A program made the position numbers and the translations under genes. The notes under the pieces were generated by a model. That model had not been told where the DNA came from. It made no database searches and was given only the letters and a program-made list of their open reading frames with translations. This document shows, piece by piece, positions 40,098 to 50,622 of a stretch of DNA of 64,000 nt. The DNA comes from Candidatus Micrarchaeia archaeon (GTDB lineage: Archaea; Micrarchaeota; Micrarchaeia; CABMEP01), in contig JAVZPM010000001.1 in assembly GCA_038881595.1 (NCBI GenBank), positions 211,562 through 275,561 of the forward strand. The letters run 5' to 3'. Numbering within the stretch: position 1 is the first letter of the stretch; every line of letters starts with the position of its first letter.

Positions 40098-43000
40098 TAA
40101 GATTTATCATTTCCTTGAATTTTCGTTTCTACGATTCTTTTTTCTTCAGGTTTAGACCACCATTTTTCAACCCATTCTTTATCTTCTTTATTTTTTTGCT
40201 GTTCAATATTAGAAATATCTATTCCTTTCTCTTTTCCAAAGTAATATTGTACCCCTACTCCTACTTCATTTAGCTTATTAAATACTTCGTTTTCATCAAG
40301 CGTTTTTAATTTTGTAGAAGGATCTACTGTTCGTTTTGTATTATCTATTATCTCTCTCATAGGATTTTCTTTGTTTTCCTTAATATGCGCATTTATAGAT
40401 TCTTCAAGTTTCCTCTCTAAACTATATAGAGTTGTATTCATGTTATTCAATGCTTTTAAAAAATCAGAATATCGTTCTTTATCTGCAGGTGATTGTGGGC
40501 CTTGACTCGTATTTTCTACTTCATCACGTGCTTTAGTTATTTTTTCTCGCATTTCTTTTATAGTTTGTACTGGTTGATTATTTATAATTTCTTCAGTTGT
40601 ATCTGCATTTACTAATTTTTCATACCAATTTGGGAATTTTTGTATAAACTTATCTTCTTGTTCCCATTCATAAGGTTCTCGTGTAAGGTCCATTATAATT
40701 CTATCAGTTTTACTTATTCTATAAGGAACAGGAGGGATTTTTTCAATTAATCTTTTTATTTCACGTGATAATTCATCAACATTTTGCTTACCATCAGAAA
40801 TCGAATTATTAACTTGCTGAGCGGTTTTTAAAGCATCAAGAGCACTGCTTGCCTTAAACACTTCTTCTCTCTCTTTGATAGCGCTAGGTCCGATGTATGC
40901 AACGTTATCTATCTTTTTCTCTTTTGCGTATTTACTCATTTCATTTCCAAGTTTTAATGTCTCAATTTCATTATTTATCTTTTCCATCATCACTTCGTAT
41001 TTTTTAATTTCATTTTCTCGCTTCCAGAGTTCATCCTTTGCTTTTTCAAGTTTTGTTTTCATTTCTTCATATCCAGGAGTACCTTTTGATAATTTATTAA
41101 ATTCTCTTTGAATTTCATTTACATTTATCTTTGCTTGATTTAAATTTTCATCTAATATCTTTTTACCGTTTGTGAAAACATTGAAAAGATTATCTTTTGT
41201 AACGTCACTCCACTTCATTTCTTTTCCTTCTATTGATTTTACAATTTCTAATAAATCTTTAGCTTCCTTTTCATTTAATGTACTTCTTATCTGTTTGGCT
41301 ACAGCTTCTGTAAGTAATTCCGAATTCTTTGCATCTCTAAAATTGAGCGTCATTAATGCATTCAATTTCTCATTTCTGTCTATTATTTTATTACCTTTTT
41401 CATCTTTTATATCAATATAATCTAAATATTTTACAACATGTCCGATCATAAAGTCATGAACTAAATAATTAAATGTCAAATATGCATCTGGATCTTTTTG
41501 AACTCTTTCTTTAATTCTTCTTAATGTTTCAGAGTCATTTTTTTCTAAAGCTTTAGTTAGTTCTGTTGGTGAGATTCCAAATGTTTTTGCAAGGTCGCTA
41601 AATTCAGCTATTTTAGCTTTTGATTCATCAATGCCATAGTTTTTATAATATGCGGGCATATCAATTTTTCCTATAAAATTATTTTTGTCAAATCCAATAA
41701 GATTTCCGTTATTTCCTATTCTATTTATTATCTTCTCTGCGTATTTTTCTTCTATGTATTTATCTAATTTATTCAGTATAATAGACAATTTCTCTTCTTT
41801 GATATTAGCGATTTCAGTTAATAAGTTTATTTTTTCTTTGATTTCCATCTTTGTGTATGGAGACAAAAATGGTGATTTCAGTTTCTTCTCTTCATACTCA
41901 ATCAATTCTTTACTTATTTCTTTTGCTTTGTCCATATCTTTGCTATTTAAAATTCCTTTTAGAGAATAAATGTCTGAAATTATCGAATCTGGTGTTAATC
42001 CTAACTTTTCAGCTATTTTCCTTTTTCCAGTTTCAGTCAATCCATATTGATCAATATCTTCACCTATTTTTAATTTCACTCCGTACACTTCTTCTCCTTT
42101 TTTCTTGATATCTTCTAGTTCTTCTTTTGTATAAATTTCTCCTGGCCTTATAATTTGAGGAATCTGTGCATAAGAAAGGGACCAGGGTCTTACGCCAAGA
42201 TGTCCAAGGCTAGCAAAAAAGTTACTTAAAGTTATATTGAGTAATTGTTTAAATAAGGAAGGGGGTGTTTCGTGGAACATTCTTTCACCACCGAAAGGTC
42301 CCTTTGTAGTTTTGATCATCTCTTTTGATTTTTCCTTTTCTTTAGCTTCTGCACCCCTCCTTTGCATCTGCTTTGAAAGTTCAATCATCTTTAGTTTGTT
42401 TAGTTCTTTTGTGCCAGGGATTTTTAAAGTTCTTGAAATAGCAAGCCAAGGCGCAGTTGCTACTTTAACAACAGTTTCAATCGTCTTTTTCCCTTCTGCT
42501 TTTTTCTCAATTTTTTTCAATTCTTTTTCAGGAATTTCAGCTCCTTTAGCCAATCCGATTTTAGCACCTGTTTTAACACTTCCATATACTGCTCCAGCTG
42601 CTATACCTGCAATAGTGGTTCTTTGTCTAGTAGTAACTCTTCTATCACCTATACCTGGCGCTTTAAATGCAACTCTTGAAAAGTCAAACAATCCAAATGG
42701 ATTCTTTCCAGATGCAAACATTGCTGCGATAAGAAGAGCAAATATTATGAAAAGAGGAGCACAAGCATTCAAACTTATTAACGGAAATATTCCAGGAACA
42801 TATCGTTCTGTTTTCACGCTTCCCGTAAATGGTTCTTTTGGTTTTGGTGTAAAAGAAGCAGTTATTGAATATGAGATCTTTCTAGGATCGGTTGAATTTT
42901 CTAATAATGGTGGCTGAGTGTATATTGTAAAAGAAACAGTTCCATTTTCATCAGTCTTTTGTACGAAAGGTGCTGACTCATCTGAAAGGACAAACTCACC

Positions 43001-43279
43001 TGCCGCATTTTTTGTTACAAATTTACTTCCAATTACCAGTTCTATAGTTATATTTTTGTTTGCGAGAGGTATTCTATTTTGTGTTTTTCTATCAATCGCA
43101 TTAAGTTGTATATTAACATCGATTGTATTATCAGTTATACCTACAGGTATATTTATTGGATGCCTTGAATGCTGAATTACAATTTCAGTTGGATTTTTAT
43201 CTACAGGACAGATATTAGCTGTGAAAACTAGAGGAATTGTAAAGAGGAAAAGTATAATAACTAATCCATTTACTCTCAT
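40097..43279 (-). CDS. large single-pass membrane protein: signal peptide, Ig-like extracellular domain, TM, ~850-aa charged helical/coiled-coil region
   Basis: VIILFLFTIPLVFTA signal; KTDENGTVSF beta motif; TM helix PLFIIFALLIAAMFA then GKNPFGLFDF; long K/E-rich tail. Confidence 0.7.
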   Translation of the reverse strand: MRVNGLVIILFLFTIPLVFTANICPVDKNPTEIVIQHSRHPINIPVGITDNTIDVNIQLNAIDRKTQNRIPLANKNITIELVIGSKFVTKNAAGEFVLSDESAPFVQKTDENGTVSFTIYTQPPLLENSTDPRKISYSITASFTPKPKEPFTGSVKTERYVPGIFPLISLNACAPLFIIFALLIAAMFASGKNPFGLFDFSRVAFKAPGIGDRRVTTRQRTTIAGIAAGAVYGSVKTGAKIGLAKGAEIPEKELKKIEKKAEGKKTIETVVKVATAPWLAISRTLKIPGTKELNKLKMIELSKQMQRRGAEAKEKEKSKEMIKTTKGPFGGERMFHETPPSLFKQLLNITLSNFFASLGHLGVRPWSLSYAQIPQIIRPGEIYTKEELEDIKKKGEEVYGVKLKIGEDIDQYGLTETGKRKIAEKLGLTPDSIISDIYSLKGILNSKDMDKAKEISKELIEYEEKKLKSPFLSPYTKMEIKEKINLLTEIANIKEEKLSIILNKLDKYIEEKYAEKIINRIGNNGNLIGFDKNNFIGKIDMPAYYKNYGIDESKAKIAEFSDLAKTFGISPTELTKALEKNDSETLRRIKERVQKDPDAYLTFNYLVHDFMIGHVVKYLDYIDIKDEKGNKIIDRNEKLNALMTLNFRDAKNSELLTEAVAKQIRSTLNEKEAKDLLEIVKSIEGKEMKWSDVTKDNLFNVFTNGKKILDENLNQAKINVNEIQREFNKLSKGTPGYEEMKTKLEKAKDELWKRENEIKKYEVMMEKINNEIETLKLGNEMSKYAKEKKIDNVAYIGPSAIKEREEVFKASSALDALKTAQQVNNSISDGKQNVDELSREIKRLIEKIPPVPYRISKTDRIIMDLTREPYEWEQEDKFIQKFPNWYEKLVNADTTEEIINNQPVQTIKEMREKITKARDEVENTSQGPQSPADKERYSDFLKALNNMNTTLYSLERKLEESINAHIKENKENPMREIIDNTKRTVDPSTKLKTLDENEVFNKLNEVGVGVQYYFGKEKGIDISNIEQQKNKEDKEWVEKWWSKPEEKRIVETKIQGNDKS

Positions 43280-43336
43280 TTGTATCAATACATTATATAA
43301 GTTTGAATTTTAAATCTTTTTATTAATATAATATCA

Positions 43337-44962
43337 ATGAAGAAATCTAATAAATTTATAAAGTTTACTTATTCATTATTCATTCTGTTTAGCCTAATTA
43401 TTTTTGTTTATGCTCAAATACAAACACAAAGCCAACAGACATGGCAGCAGTATGTTCCTAATTGGTTTCCTTTGTTTGCAGTTGCAATCGGAATAGGATT
43501 TGGAATAACTGGACTTGCGTTCATGTTAGCAAGAACTTTTCAACTTCCACAGATGGAAACATGGGCTAGAGCAGAATTGTTTGAGGTAACTGGAAGTGCA
43601 TTCTTAGTTTTAATAATACTAATAACATTAGGAGTGATTGACAATCTATTCATTGCGGCAGTAGGAATGAAGCCAACAGATCTTTCACTTGACTTTACAA
43701 ATAGAATTTCAGAAAGATTAATGGATAGATATATTGATTCTGTTAAGCTAGGTGCAGCAATAGGTATGCTTTCAGGTCCACCAGTTCAATATTTAGGTGC
43801 AACATCTTCAACGTCAGATAAAAGCGGTCAGCTAAATCAAGGAAGCGGTACTCAAGCTACAGGAGGCAACGACGGCAAACCAGAGCAGTCTTCAGAGACA
43901 CCAAATAGAATCTGGATGGTAGCCATTAAATCTTTTAAAATGAATTACCTAACGTTTTATGCTGCAGATGTTTTTAACGGTCATTTTAACTTAGTTCAAT
44001 CTATAGCCTTAACTTCTTTAGCAGCATCTATATTTTCTCATATATTATTGAATTTTATAAATAGTGTTGCAATTCCATTTTTAATTCCATTTGGATTGTT
44101 TTTGAGTATATTTACATTGACAAGGAAAATGGGGAGAACTATAATTGCATTTGGTGTTGGGCTCTATCTCTTTGTTCCTCTTTCAATAATAATTGCTCAA
44201 ACAATGTATGATTCTGTATTTAAGCCAAATTCTTCAATTCCTCCTATTAGTAGACCTTCAGGAAATTCAAATATAGATAGATTTACAAATGAAGTATTTG
44301 CTTATGAAGCTTTAGATCTACTTTCTCAGCTAGCAATTGCTCAATATGCGATTTTACGTAATTCAGATACTTCTTTAATACCAAGCTGTGCAGCTGGAGC
44401 CACTTCTCTTTCTTCAATATGTGGAATAGCTGCTCCAGCTTGCGTTCCAATATTTACTATAGTATGTTATGTGCTTGGTGGTATGTCTGATGTAGGTAGT
44501 GGAATGGATAACTTAAACACCATCCAAGATGTTTTATCCGTTTTGAGAGTTGCTACTTTAAGCACAATTCTTGATGTTCCTGTTTCAGATCAATTAAATT
44601 CAGCAGTTGCAACCATTGTAAGTTTAGGGGTGGCAGGTGTTGCATCTACATTTATATTTCATTTAATTCCATCTAATGTGATGTCTATAAATTATATTAT
44701 GCCATTACTGCAACAATTAATGAACTTTGGACAGTATGAAGTATCTGTTTTGACAGCTTCTCTATATGCAAACATGAATCAATACTTAGCAATCAAGTTA
44801 ACAAATATTACACTTGCATATACTCCATATGTAATGCAAGATGCAGTTCCTGCATTACTCATCCCGTTCATAATCATCTTTACAGTTATAACTGGTATAA
44901 GGTCAATCTCTCCAGCTATTGGAGGGGAAGTTCAAATACTGGGAGTCTCAGAACTTATATGA
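43337..44962 (+). CDS. CedA/VirB6-like polytopic membrane protein, paralog 1
   Basis: TWARAELFE; IPFGLFLSIFTLTRKMGRTIIAFGVGLYLFVP; C-terminal RSISPAIGGEVQILGVSELI. Confidence 0.7.
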   Translation: MKKSNKFIKFTYSLFILFSLIIFVYAQIQTQSQQTWQQYVPNWFPLFAVAIGIGFGITGLAFMLARTFQLPQMETWARAELFEVTGSAFLVLIILITLGVIDNLFIAAVGMKPTDLSLDFTNRISERLMDRYIDSVKLGAAIGMLSGPPVQYLGATSSTSDKSGQLNQGSGTQATGGNDGKPEQSSETPNRIWMVAIKSFKMNYLTFYAADVFNGHFNLVQSIALTSLAASIFSHILLNFINSVAIPFLIPFGLFLSIFTLTRKMGRTIIAFGVGLYLFVPLSIIIAQTMYDSVFKPNSSIPPISRPSGNSNIDRFTNEVFAYEALDLLSQLAIAQYAILRNSDTSLIPSCAAGATSLSSICGIAAPACVPIFTIVCYVLGGMSDVGSGMDNLNTIQDVLSVLRVATLSTILDVPVSDQLNSAVATIVSLGVAGVASTFIFHLIPSNVMSINYIMPLLQQLMNFGQYEVSVLTASLYANMNQYLAIKLTNITLAYTPYVMQDAVPALLIPFIIIFTVITGIRSISPAIGGEVQILGVSELI

Positions 44963-44984
44963 AACAATTAAGGAGAGTCAGATC

Positions 44985-45857
44985 ATGGGATTTAGTGATA
45001 TACCGACATGTTTAAGCACTTGCACATTATCATCAGAGTATTCAAACTGGCTTCCTTTAGCGAGTATGATAATATTCATAGTTCTACTTGGAATATCTAT
45101 AGGCTTTATGATATCTAGGTTTCTAAATAGACGCGATTGGGAAGCAATGATAAGATTAGAATTATACCATCTATCAGTTGCAGTTATTTGGATCGGATTA
45201 ATCGCAATAGTTGCTAACATTACATGCTCGTTATCTTGCTCAATAACTAAAGACGAGAGTCCGTTCACTTCTTCAATTAATTATCTTAACACAATTAATT
45301 CAAAATTGAGTAGTATTATAAATTCCTTGTATGAGAAAGCAAAGAATATAAGAATAGAAACAGCATATTATGATGCATTTGCCAATTTCATGTATTCGCC
45401 AAAGGCAGGTTGTGATAATGTTGCATCAGTGTATGAGAATTTTTCATTCATGTTATCTCCATTCGTTGCCAGTCTTTTGATTCAGCAGTATGCTTTAATT
45501 TTTATAAGCCAGATTGCATTCACATATCTACTTCCTATCGGAATAATTCTTCGCTTGATTCCAGGGTTTAAAGATGCTTCTTCATATGTTATTGCTATTG
45601 CCTTTTCATTTTATATTATCCTGCCTTTAACTTATATTTTCGCGCAAAAGGCAACCGAAGGAATTTCACTATCTACTATTGATACAGATGCAAATGATTG
45701 CGTCTCTGCTAATGAAATTCAGACCATATTAACTGATGTTGGATTGATTTTGCCTCAGGCAGTATTCTTCCCTGCTTTAAGTAGCATTATTACAATTGGT
45801 GCAGCAAGAGCGCTTGCAGAGATATTTAAGTATGATTTCATTGAACTAAGGGGATAA
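44985..45857 (+). CDS. CedA/VirB6-like polytopic membrane protein, paralog 2
   Basis: AGGAG RBS before ATG 44985; WEAMIRLELYH; LPIGIILRLIPGFKDASSYVIAIAFSFYIILP. Confidence 0.7.
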   Translation: MGFSDIPTCLSTCTLSSEYSNWLPLASMIIFIVLLGISIGFMISRFLNRRDWEAMIRLELYHLSVAVIWIGLIAIVANITCSLSCSITKDESPFTSSINYLNTINSKLSSIINSLYEKAKNIRIETAYYDAFANFMYSPKAGCDNVASVYENFSFMLSPFVASLLIQQYALIFISQIAFTYLLPIGIILRLIPGFKDASSYVIAIAFSFYIILPLTYIFAQKATEGISLSTIDTDANDCVSANEIQTILTDVGLILPQAVFFPALSSIITIGAARALAEIFKYDFIELRG

Positions 45858-45858
45858 A

Positions 45859-47043
45859 TTGGATCTAGACAAGATAATTAATAAAGGCACATGCGATAGA
45901 AAGATAGCTATGGTAGTGTATGTTCTATTTTTATTTGTCTCATTTTCATTTGCAGCTCAAGATGTTTTTGGTTTTCATACAGATGTTGACTGGATTCTAA
46001 TCGCATATTTAGTTATACTTATTGTTGCGCTACTATTAGGAATCGCATTTATGATATCAAAAGTATTTGCAATGCATGAGTTAGAAGCATGGACAAGAGA
46101 AGAAGCAATGAATCTTATTATGTCAATTGCAATTCTTGTTTTATTTACTGCTTTTATTGGTGTAGCTGAACAAATAGCAAATTCTTTATCTAAAGATATT
46201 CTTTCTTCAAGCGTTTCTGCAAGTGCTTCAGGTAATATAAGTTATTGGCAATACATACCAAATGAAGGCAGATGGAAAACAATAGAAACTTCCAATCCAT
46301 CTTGTGAATACCCATGTTACATGTATATGGCAAGAGGCTTCTTAGGTTCTTTGTATGAAAAATATGGAGAATCTTTAAAGGGTATCGCGCAATACTATTT
46401 TGTTTCAGTTTTTTATTCCACCCAATCTGTGGGGTCTGGTGTTGATTTTACTTGGGGTAAATTTAAATTTGAATTTGGAATGGGATTTCCATTAAATGCA
46501 GGTTTAACTATCTATAACAATATACTAGCAACAGTAGTAAGCGAGTATTTGAAAATAATCACAGCTATAAAAATGCAGGAAATTGCTTTAGTTTATCTTT
46601 CATCTCTTGCAGGCATGTTCTTCATACTTGGGATAATATCACGTTCAGTTTGGTTTTTAAGAAAATTCGGCGGTCTGTTTGTAGCTGCAGGCATAGGTTT
46701 ATACTTAATATTTCCAATGGTTTATGTTTTAAGTTGGTACACGATTGACAGATCTGTAGTGATGTTCGAAGTGGATCTTCCAGAACCAGCAGCTTCGGAT
46801 GATCTGCTTTCATTCTTTACCGGTGGAATTGGAGGTTTAGGAAATGTTGATTTGTTATTTACAAAATATAATGAGAATGGATCTGTAATTTCAATCGGAA
46901 TGTTAGATGCATTAGGAAGGTCATACATCCCAATAATAGTAGTGCCAATCCTTGCGATTTTTACCACTCTTGGATTTATAAGACATTTCTCACCAATGAT
47001 TGGTGGAGATCCTGAAATAGCAGGTCTTACAAGAATTATTTAA
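45859..47043 (+). CDS. CedA/VirB6-like polytopic membrane protein, paralog 3
   Basis: EAWTREEAMN; LGIISRSVWFLRKFGGLFVAAGIGLYLIFP; RHFSPMIGGDPEIAGLTRII. Confidence 0.7.
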   Translation: MDLDKIINKGTCDRKIAMVVYVLFLFVSFSFAAQDVFGFHTDVDWILIAYLVILIVALLLGIAFMISKVFAMHELEAWTREEAMNLIMSIAILVLFTAFIGVAEQIANSLSKDILSSSVSASASGNISYWQYIPNEGRWKTIETSNPSCEYPCYMYMARGFLGSLYEKYGESLKGIAQYYFVSVFYSTQSVGSGVDFTWGKFKFEFGMGFPLNAGLTIYNNILATVVSEYLKIITAIKMQEIALVYLSSLAGMFFILGIISRSVWFLRKFGGLFVAAGIGLYLIFPMVYVLSWYTIDRSVVMFEVDLPEPAASDDLLSFFTGGIGGLGNVDLLFTKYNENGSVISIGMLDALGRSYIPIIVVPILAIFTTLGFIRHFSPMIGGDPEIAGLTRII

Positions 47044-47056
47044 GCATATGAATTAA

Positions 47057-48202
47057 GTGGATATTATGATGTTTAGTTTAAGTGAGTTTATGAAAAATAA
47101 TAAAACAAAGAAAAATGCAAATTCGATATTAGATCTATTTTCAAAAAGTTTAATTATGTTTTTCATCTTAATTTCAATATCCTTTGCTGCAACAGAATGT
47201 GGTTACTTTGGAACATATCTTTACAATAATGTTTGTGTTCCTGACCTATTAGTTAATTTAAGTACAATACTAATTTTAATCGGAATCGTAATAGGCTCAA
47301 TATTTTATGGACTGGGCATTGCATTAGAGCATACAAGAATTAAAGAATGGTCTAAAGAGTTTCTTTATCAAATGCTTGGTACAGCAGTAATTCTTTCTGT
47401 TTATCTAGGTCTCGTAGCTTCTTTAAACAGTTTTGCACCTGCAATTTATAATTCAAATCTAGCATATCCGGCTGAAAGCACTGTTCGTTCTCTTTCAGAT
47501 ACTAAATGGATAAACGTGCAATCACATGCTGAAAAATATGTAGATTGCCTTTTAAATTACACAAAAAACGCAACACTGGAAATAGTGGGGATTTCCTCCT
47601 CTTTATCTTCATTAGCATCTACTTCTATTCAATTAATTTCTGGTTCCTTCAGTAACTTTTATCCAATATTTCCAACTGGAGGGGGTCTGACTTCTATAAT
47701 GTCGGTTCTAATAGGGGCGCTTGCAACAACCATTATTCAGCTTAAACTCCAACTTGAAATACTAAAATTGAATTCTGCATTGTTTAGTATTGTGCTTCCA
47801 CTTGGATTGATATTAAGATCATTTCCATATACAAGAGGGGCTGGAGCAGCAATGATAGCAATAACATTTGGATTTACGATCTTTCTACCTATATTTTATT
47901 TGATCATAGAGGACATAGGTTATCATTTTTATCAAAAAGATGTATGTTCAATACATCCACCATCGATAGGATTTTTCCAGCTGGTAGGCATGGGAATAAA
48001 AATAGCGCAAAATGGAGCAATTGAAACGCTTCAAGATTACTTTGGAGTCGGAGGAGATTTTGAAAGCCTGACAACAGTTTTATTAATACAAGCTACTATT
48101 CTTCCATTTGTAGCTTATTTAGTAGTTCTTAATATAATTAAGCGGCTTGCAGAGGTGCTAGGTGGGGAGATAGATCTCAGCACATTGGTGAGATTGATAT
48201 GA
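47057..48202 (+). CDS. CedA/VirB6-like polytopic membrane protein, paralog 4
   Basis: KEWSKEFLYQ; LPLGLILRSFPYTRGAGAAMIAITFGFTIFLP; KRLAEVLGGEIDLSTLVRLI. Confidence 0.7.
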   Translation: MDIMMFSLSEFMKNNKTKKNANSILDLFSKSLIMFFILISISFAATECGYFGTYLYNNVCVPDLLVNLSTILILIGIVIGSIFYGLGIALEHTRIKEWSKEFLYQMLGTAVILSVYLGLVASLNSFAPAIYNSNLAYPAESTVRSLSDTKWINVQSHAEKYVDCLLNYTKNATLEIVGISSSLSSLASTSIQLISGSFSNFYPIFPTGGGLTSIMSVLIGALATTIIQLKLQLEILKLNSALFSIVLPLGLILRSFPYTRGAGAAMIAITFGFTIFLPIFYLIIEDIGYHFYQKDVCSIHPPSIGFFQLVGMGIKIAQNGAIETLQDYFGVGGDFESLTTVLLIQATILPFVAYLVVLNIIKRLAEVLGGEIDLSTLVRLI

Positions 48203-49335
48203 AAAAGAGATTCGTTCATGTATTGCATTTAGCTTTGCTGCTTCTAATTATTCTATTTAATCCTGTGCATGCTCAAACAAATACTAATCAAGACAATGTG
48301 CCAAATGGTTGTGAAGTTGCGTTGCTTTTGGATTTTGGAAATCAAAGCAACAGTGCTATAGGCGTAGAACAGAATTGGAAATCTTTGTCCTTTATTGGAT
48401 TATTAGTTTCTTTATTCCTGTTAATTTTTGCATATTTAATAGGTAAATCTTTAGATTCCCCACAACTTATAGCTAGAGCTAAGACAGATATGATTCAGGT
48501 GGTTGTGACTGCAATAATGCTTGGAGTTCTTTATTCAATCTTATTCTTTATTTGCAGTATTGATGCGTCTCAATTTGGATTTAACTTTACTTCATTTTTT
48601 GATGGAGCAAGAATGTATCTTGAATATTCGAGGGCCTCAGCACTCAATGCATATCTTAAATGTACAAATGCAATGATGATCATAACTGGATTATCTACAT
48701 TCAATATAAACAATCCAAACTTTATAGACTTGGGTGCATTTCTACATATAGGGGTTTACTTTAAACCTTTTGCAGGTTATGGAATTACAATAGGTGCTCT
48801 TAACTGGTTCTCCAGTCTGGTTCAACTTTCATATTCATTAATTACTGGATATATTGTGGTTCTAAATGCGATTCAATTATATTTCCTTAATCTACTTCTT
48901 CCAGCAGGAGTAGTATTGAGGTGTTTTTCACCAACAAGAGATTTAGGCGGTGTCCTGATTGCAATAAGTGTAGGTTTATTCTTTTTCTATCCTTTACTGT
49001 TTTCATTTTCATACATGATTATAGGTCAACCAGATCCAAATGTAGGATTGCCAGACATGGATTGGGAGAGTGAGATAAATAGTGCTGTAGTTAAATCTGT
49101 AGCACTATCGTCAGCTCCTTTCGGTAGTCTTATAATTATCTATAATTCATTGTTCGGCAAAGGCGGAGAAGCCATAGATAGATTAAATGAGGCATATATC
49201 GCGACAGGCAGTGTGATTTTATATGTTTTTATATTACCTGCAATTAATTGGATTATCTTAGTAGCAATTGTCAGAGAATTAAGCAAGGCATTAGGCCAGG
49301 AAGTAGATATATCTGGTTTGGCAAGAATGATCTGA
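48199..49335 (+). CDS. CedA/VirB6-like polytopic membrane protein, paralog 5
   Basis: ARAKTDMIQ; LPAGVVLRCFSPTRDLGGVLIAISVGLFFFYP; RELSKALGQEVDISGLARMI. Confidence 0.7.
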   Translation: MKKRFVHVLHLALLLLIILFNPVHAQTNTNQDNVPNGCEVALLLDFGNQSNSAIGVEQNWKSLSFIGLLVSLFLLIFAYLIGKSLDSPQLIARAKTDMIQVVVTAIMLGVLYSILFFICSIDASQFGFNFTSFFDGARMYLEYSRASALNAYLKCTNAMMIITGLSTFNINNPNFIDLGAFLHIGVYFKPFAGYGITIGALNWFSSLVQLSYSLITGYIVVLNAIQLYFLNLLLPAGVVLRCFSPTRDLGGVLIAISVGLFFFYPLLFSFSYMIIGQPDPNVGLPDMDWESEINSAVVKSVALSSAPFGSLIIIYNSLFGKGGEAIDRLNEAYIATGSVILYVFILPAINWIILVAIVRELSKALGQEVDISGLARMI

Positions 49336-49349
49336 AAGACGGTGAAATT

Positions 49350-50600
49350 ATGTTTGTAAATCCGCAAAAAAGTAAAATAAAATCAAATATTCATTCATTA
49401 TTTCTACAGATAATACTATTTTTATTTATTTTAAATCAAGTGAGTGCACTTTCATGCAGCGTTACAGATCAAAATTGCCCAAGCGGACAGATATGTGATA
49501 ATGGAGAATGCAGGGAATGCCTTACAAGTGCAGAATGCTGGAGCAAAACTCTAATTAGATCCACTCCAATAGGAGGGATTTCACCTTGGGTTAGTATATC
49601 TGTTATAGTTTTACTTATATCGCTCCTAGGTGTTGCAATATTTTATATGATAGCTTACGCATTCCAATCTGATCAGTACAAAAGAATTGCATTCGCTGAA
49701 CTGATGCAAGTATTGGCTTCATTTCTATTAATTGCTTTCTTATTCGGATTTGAAATATTTGAAACAGATATGTTAACGAGATTGGAAAAAACTTCTGGAG
49801 CGATTACATCTGCATTAGTTCTTCAATCCCAAGGAGCATCTCCTAATATCGCACTTTCTGGAAATGTTTATATTAATCCATTTGATGTTTCATATGCATT
49901 TCTTAGAAATATGATAACTTGCGTTCAAAACAAATTAAAGACAACATATGAGAATTCAAAAGCAATACAAACAATAATTAATTTAAATATAGACGTACAA
50001 GTGATTACACCTGGAAAGGTGAAATTTTCAGTTCCAAACCCTCTTGCTTTTACATCTCTATCAGAAACTGCAGCAAAGTACGAATTTCAAGCAAGTGAAC
50101 TTACTTGGCTTATGATATTCCTTTACGCCCAGATAGCAGTTCTGAAATTTATAGAAACATCTATGTTTACAGTCTTTTTGCCAATAGGGTTAATACTTAG
50201 AGCATTTCCACCTACTAGAGGAGCAGGGGCTGTGCTAGTTGCGATAGCAATAGGATTTTATCTAATCTATCCTTTGACATTCACTTTATTATATACTGGA
50301 ACACCTAAGCAGATAGAAGGATGCAATCTTCAAGTTGCATTCGATTACTCTCAATTGGAAAAGACATGTCCATTAAACATTGGTGCAACCACTCAGATAA
50401 TTTCTTCTGCATCTGATCTTGCTGCAACATTAGACGCAGCTGTACCGCAATTACAGGCAGGGACATCTTCTATTAGATTCACCGCATTCTTGTATATGCT
50501 TATTTCATTAGGTGTCACATTTATATTTGTCCGTTCATTGTCAAGCATATTAGGTGCAGATATTTCAGAGATAGGAAGAACAATGTTAAGATTATTATAA
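49350..50600 (+). CDS. CedA/VirB6-like polytopic membrane protein, paralog 6 (with an N-terminal Cys-rich module)
   Basis: GGTGA-AATT-ATG start; CPSGQICDNGECREC; RIAFAELMQ; LPIGLILRAFPPTRGAGAVLVAIAIGFYLIYP; RSLSSILGADISEIG. Confidence 0.7.
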   Translation: MFVNPQKSKIKSNIHSLFLQIILFLFILNQVSALSCSVTDQNCPSGQICDNGECRECLTSAECWSKTLIRSTPIGGISPWVSISVIVLLISLLGVAIFYMIAYAFQSDQYKRIAFAELMQVLASFLLIAFLFGFEIFETDMLTRLEKTSGAITSALVLQSQGASPNIALSGNVYINPFDVSYAFLRNMITCVQNKLKTTYENSKAIQTIINLNIDVQVITPGKVKFSVPNPLAFTSLSETAAKYEFQASELTWLMIFLYAQIAVLKFIETSMFTVFLPIGLILRAFPPTRGAGAVLVAIAIGFYLIYPLTFTLLYTGTPKQIEGCNLQVAFDYSQLEKTCPLNIGATTQIISSASDLAATLDAAVPQLQAGTSSIRFTAFLYMLISLGVTFIFVRSLSSILGADISEIGRTMLRLL

Positions 50601-50622
50601 ATTACTATATTGGAGTGATAAT

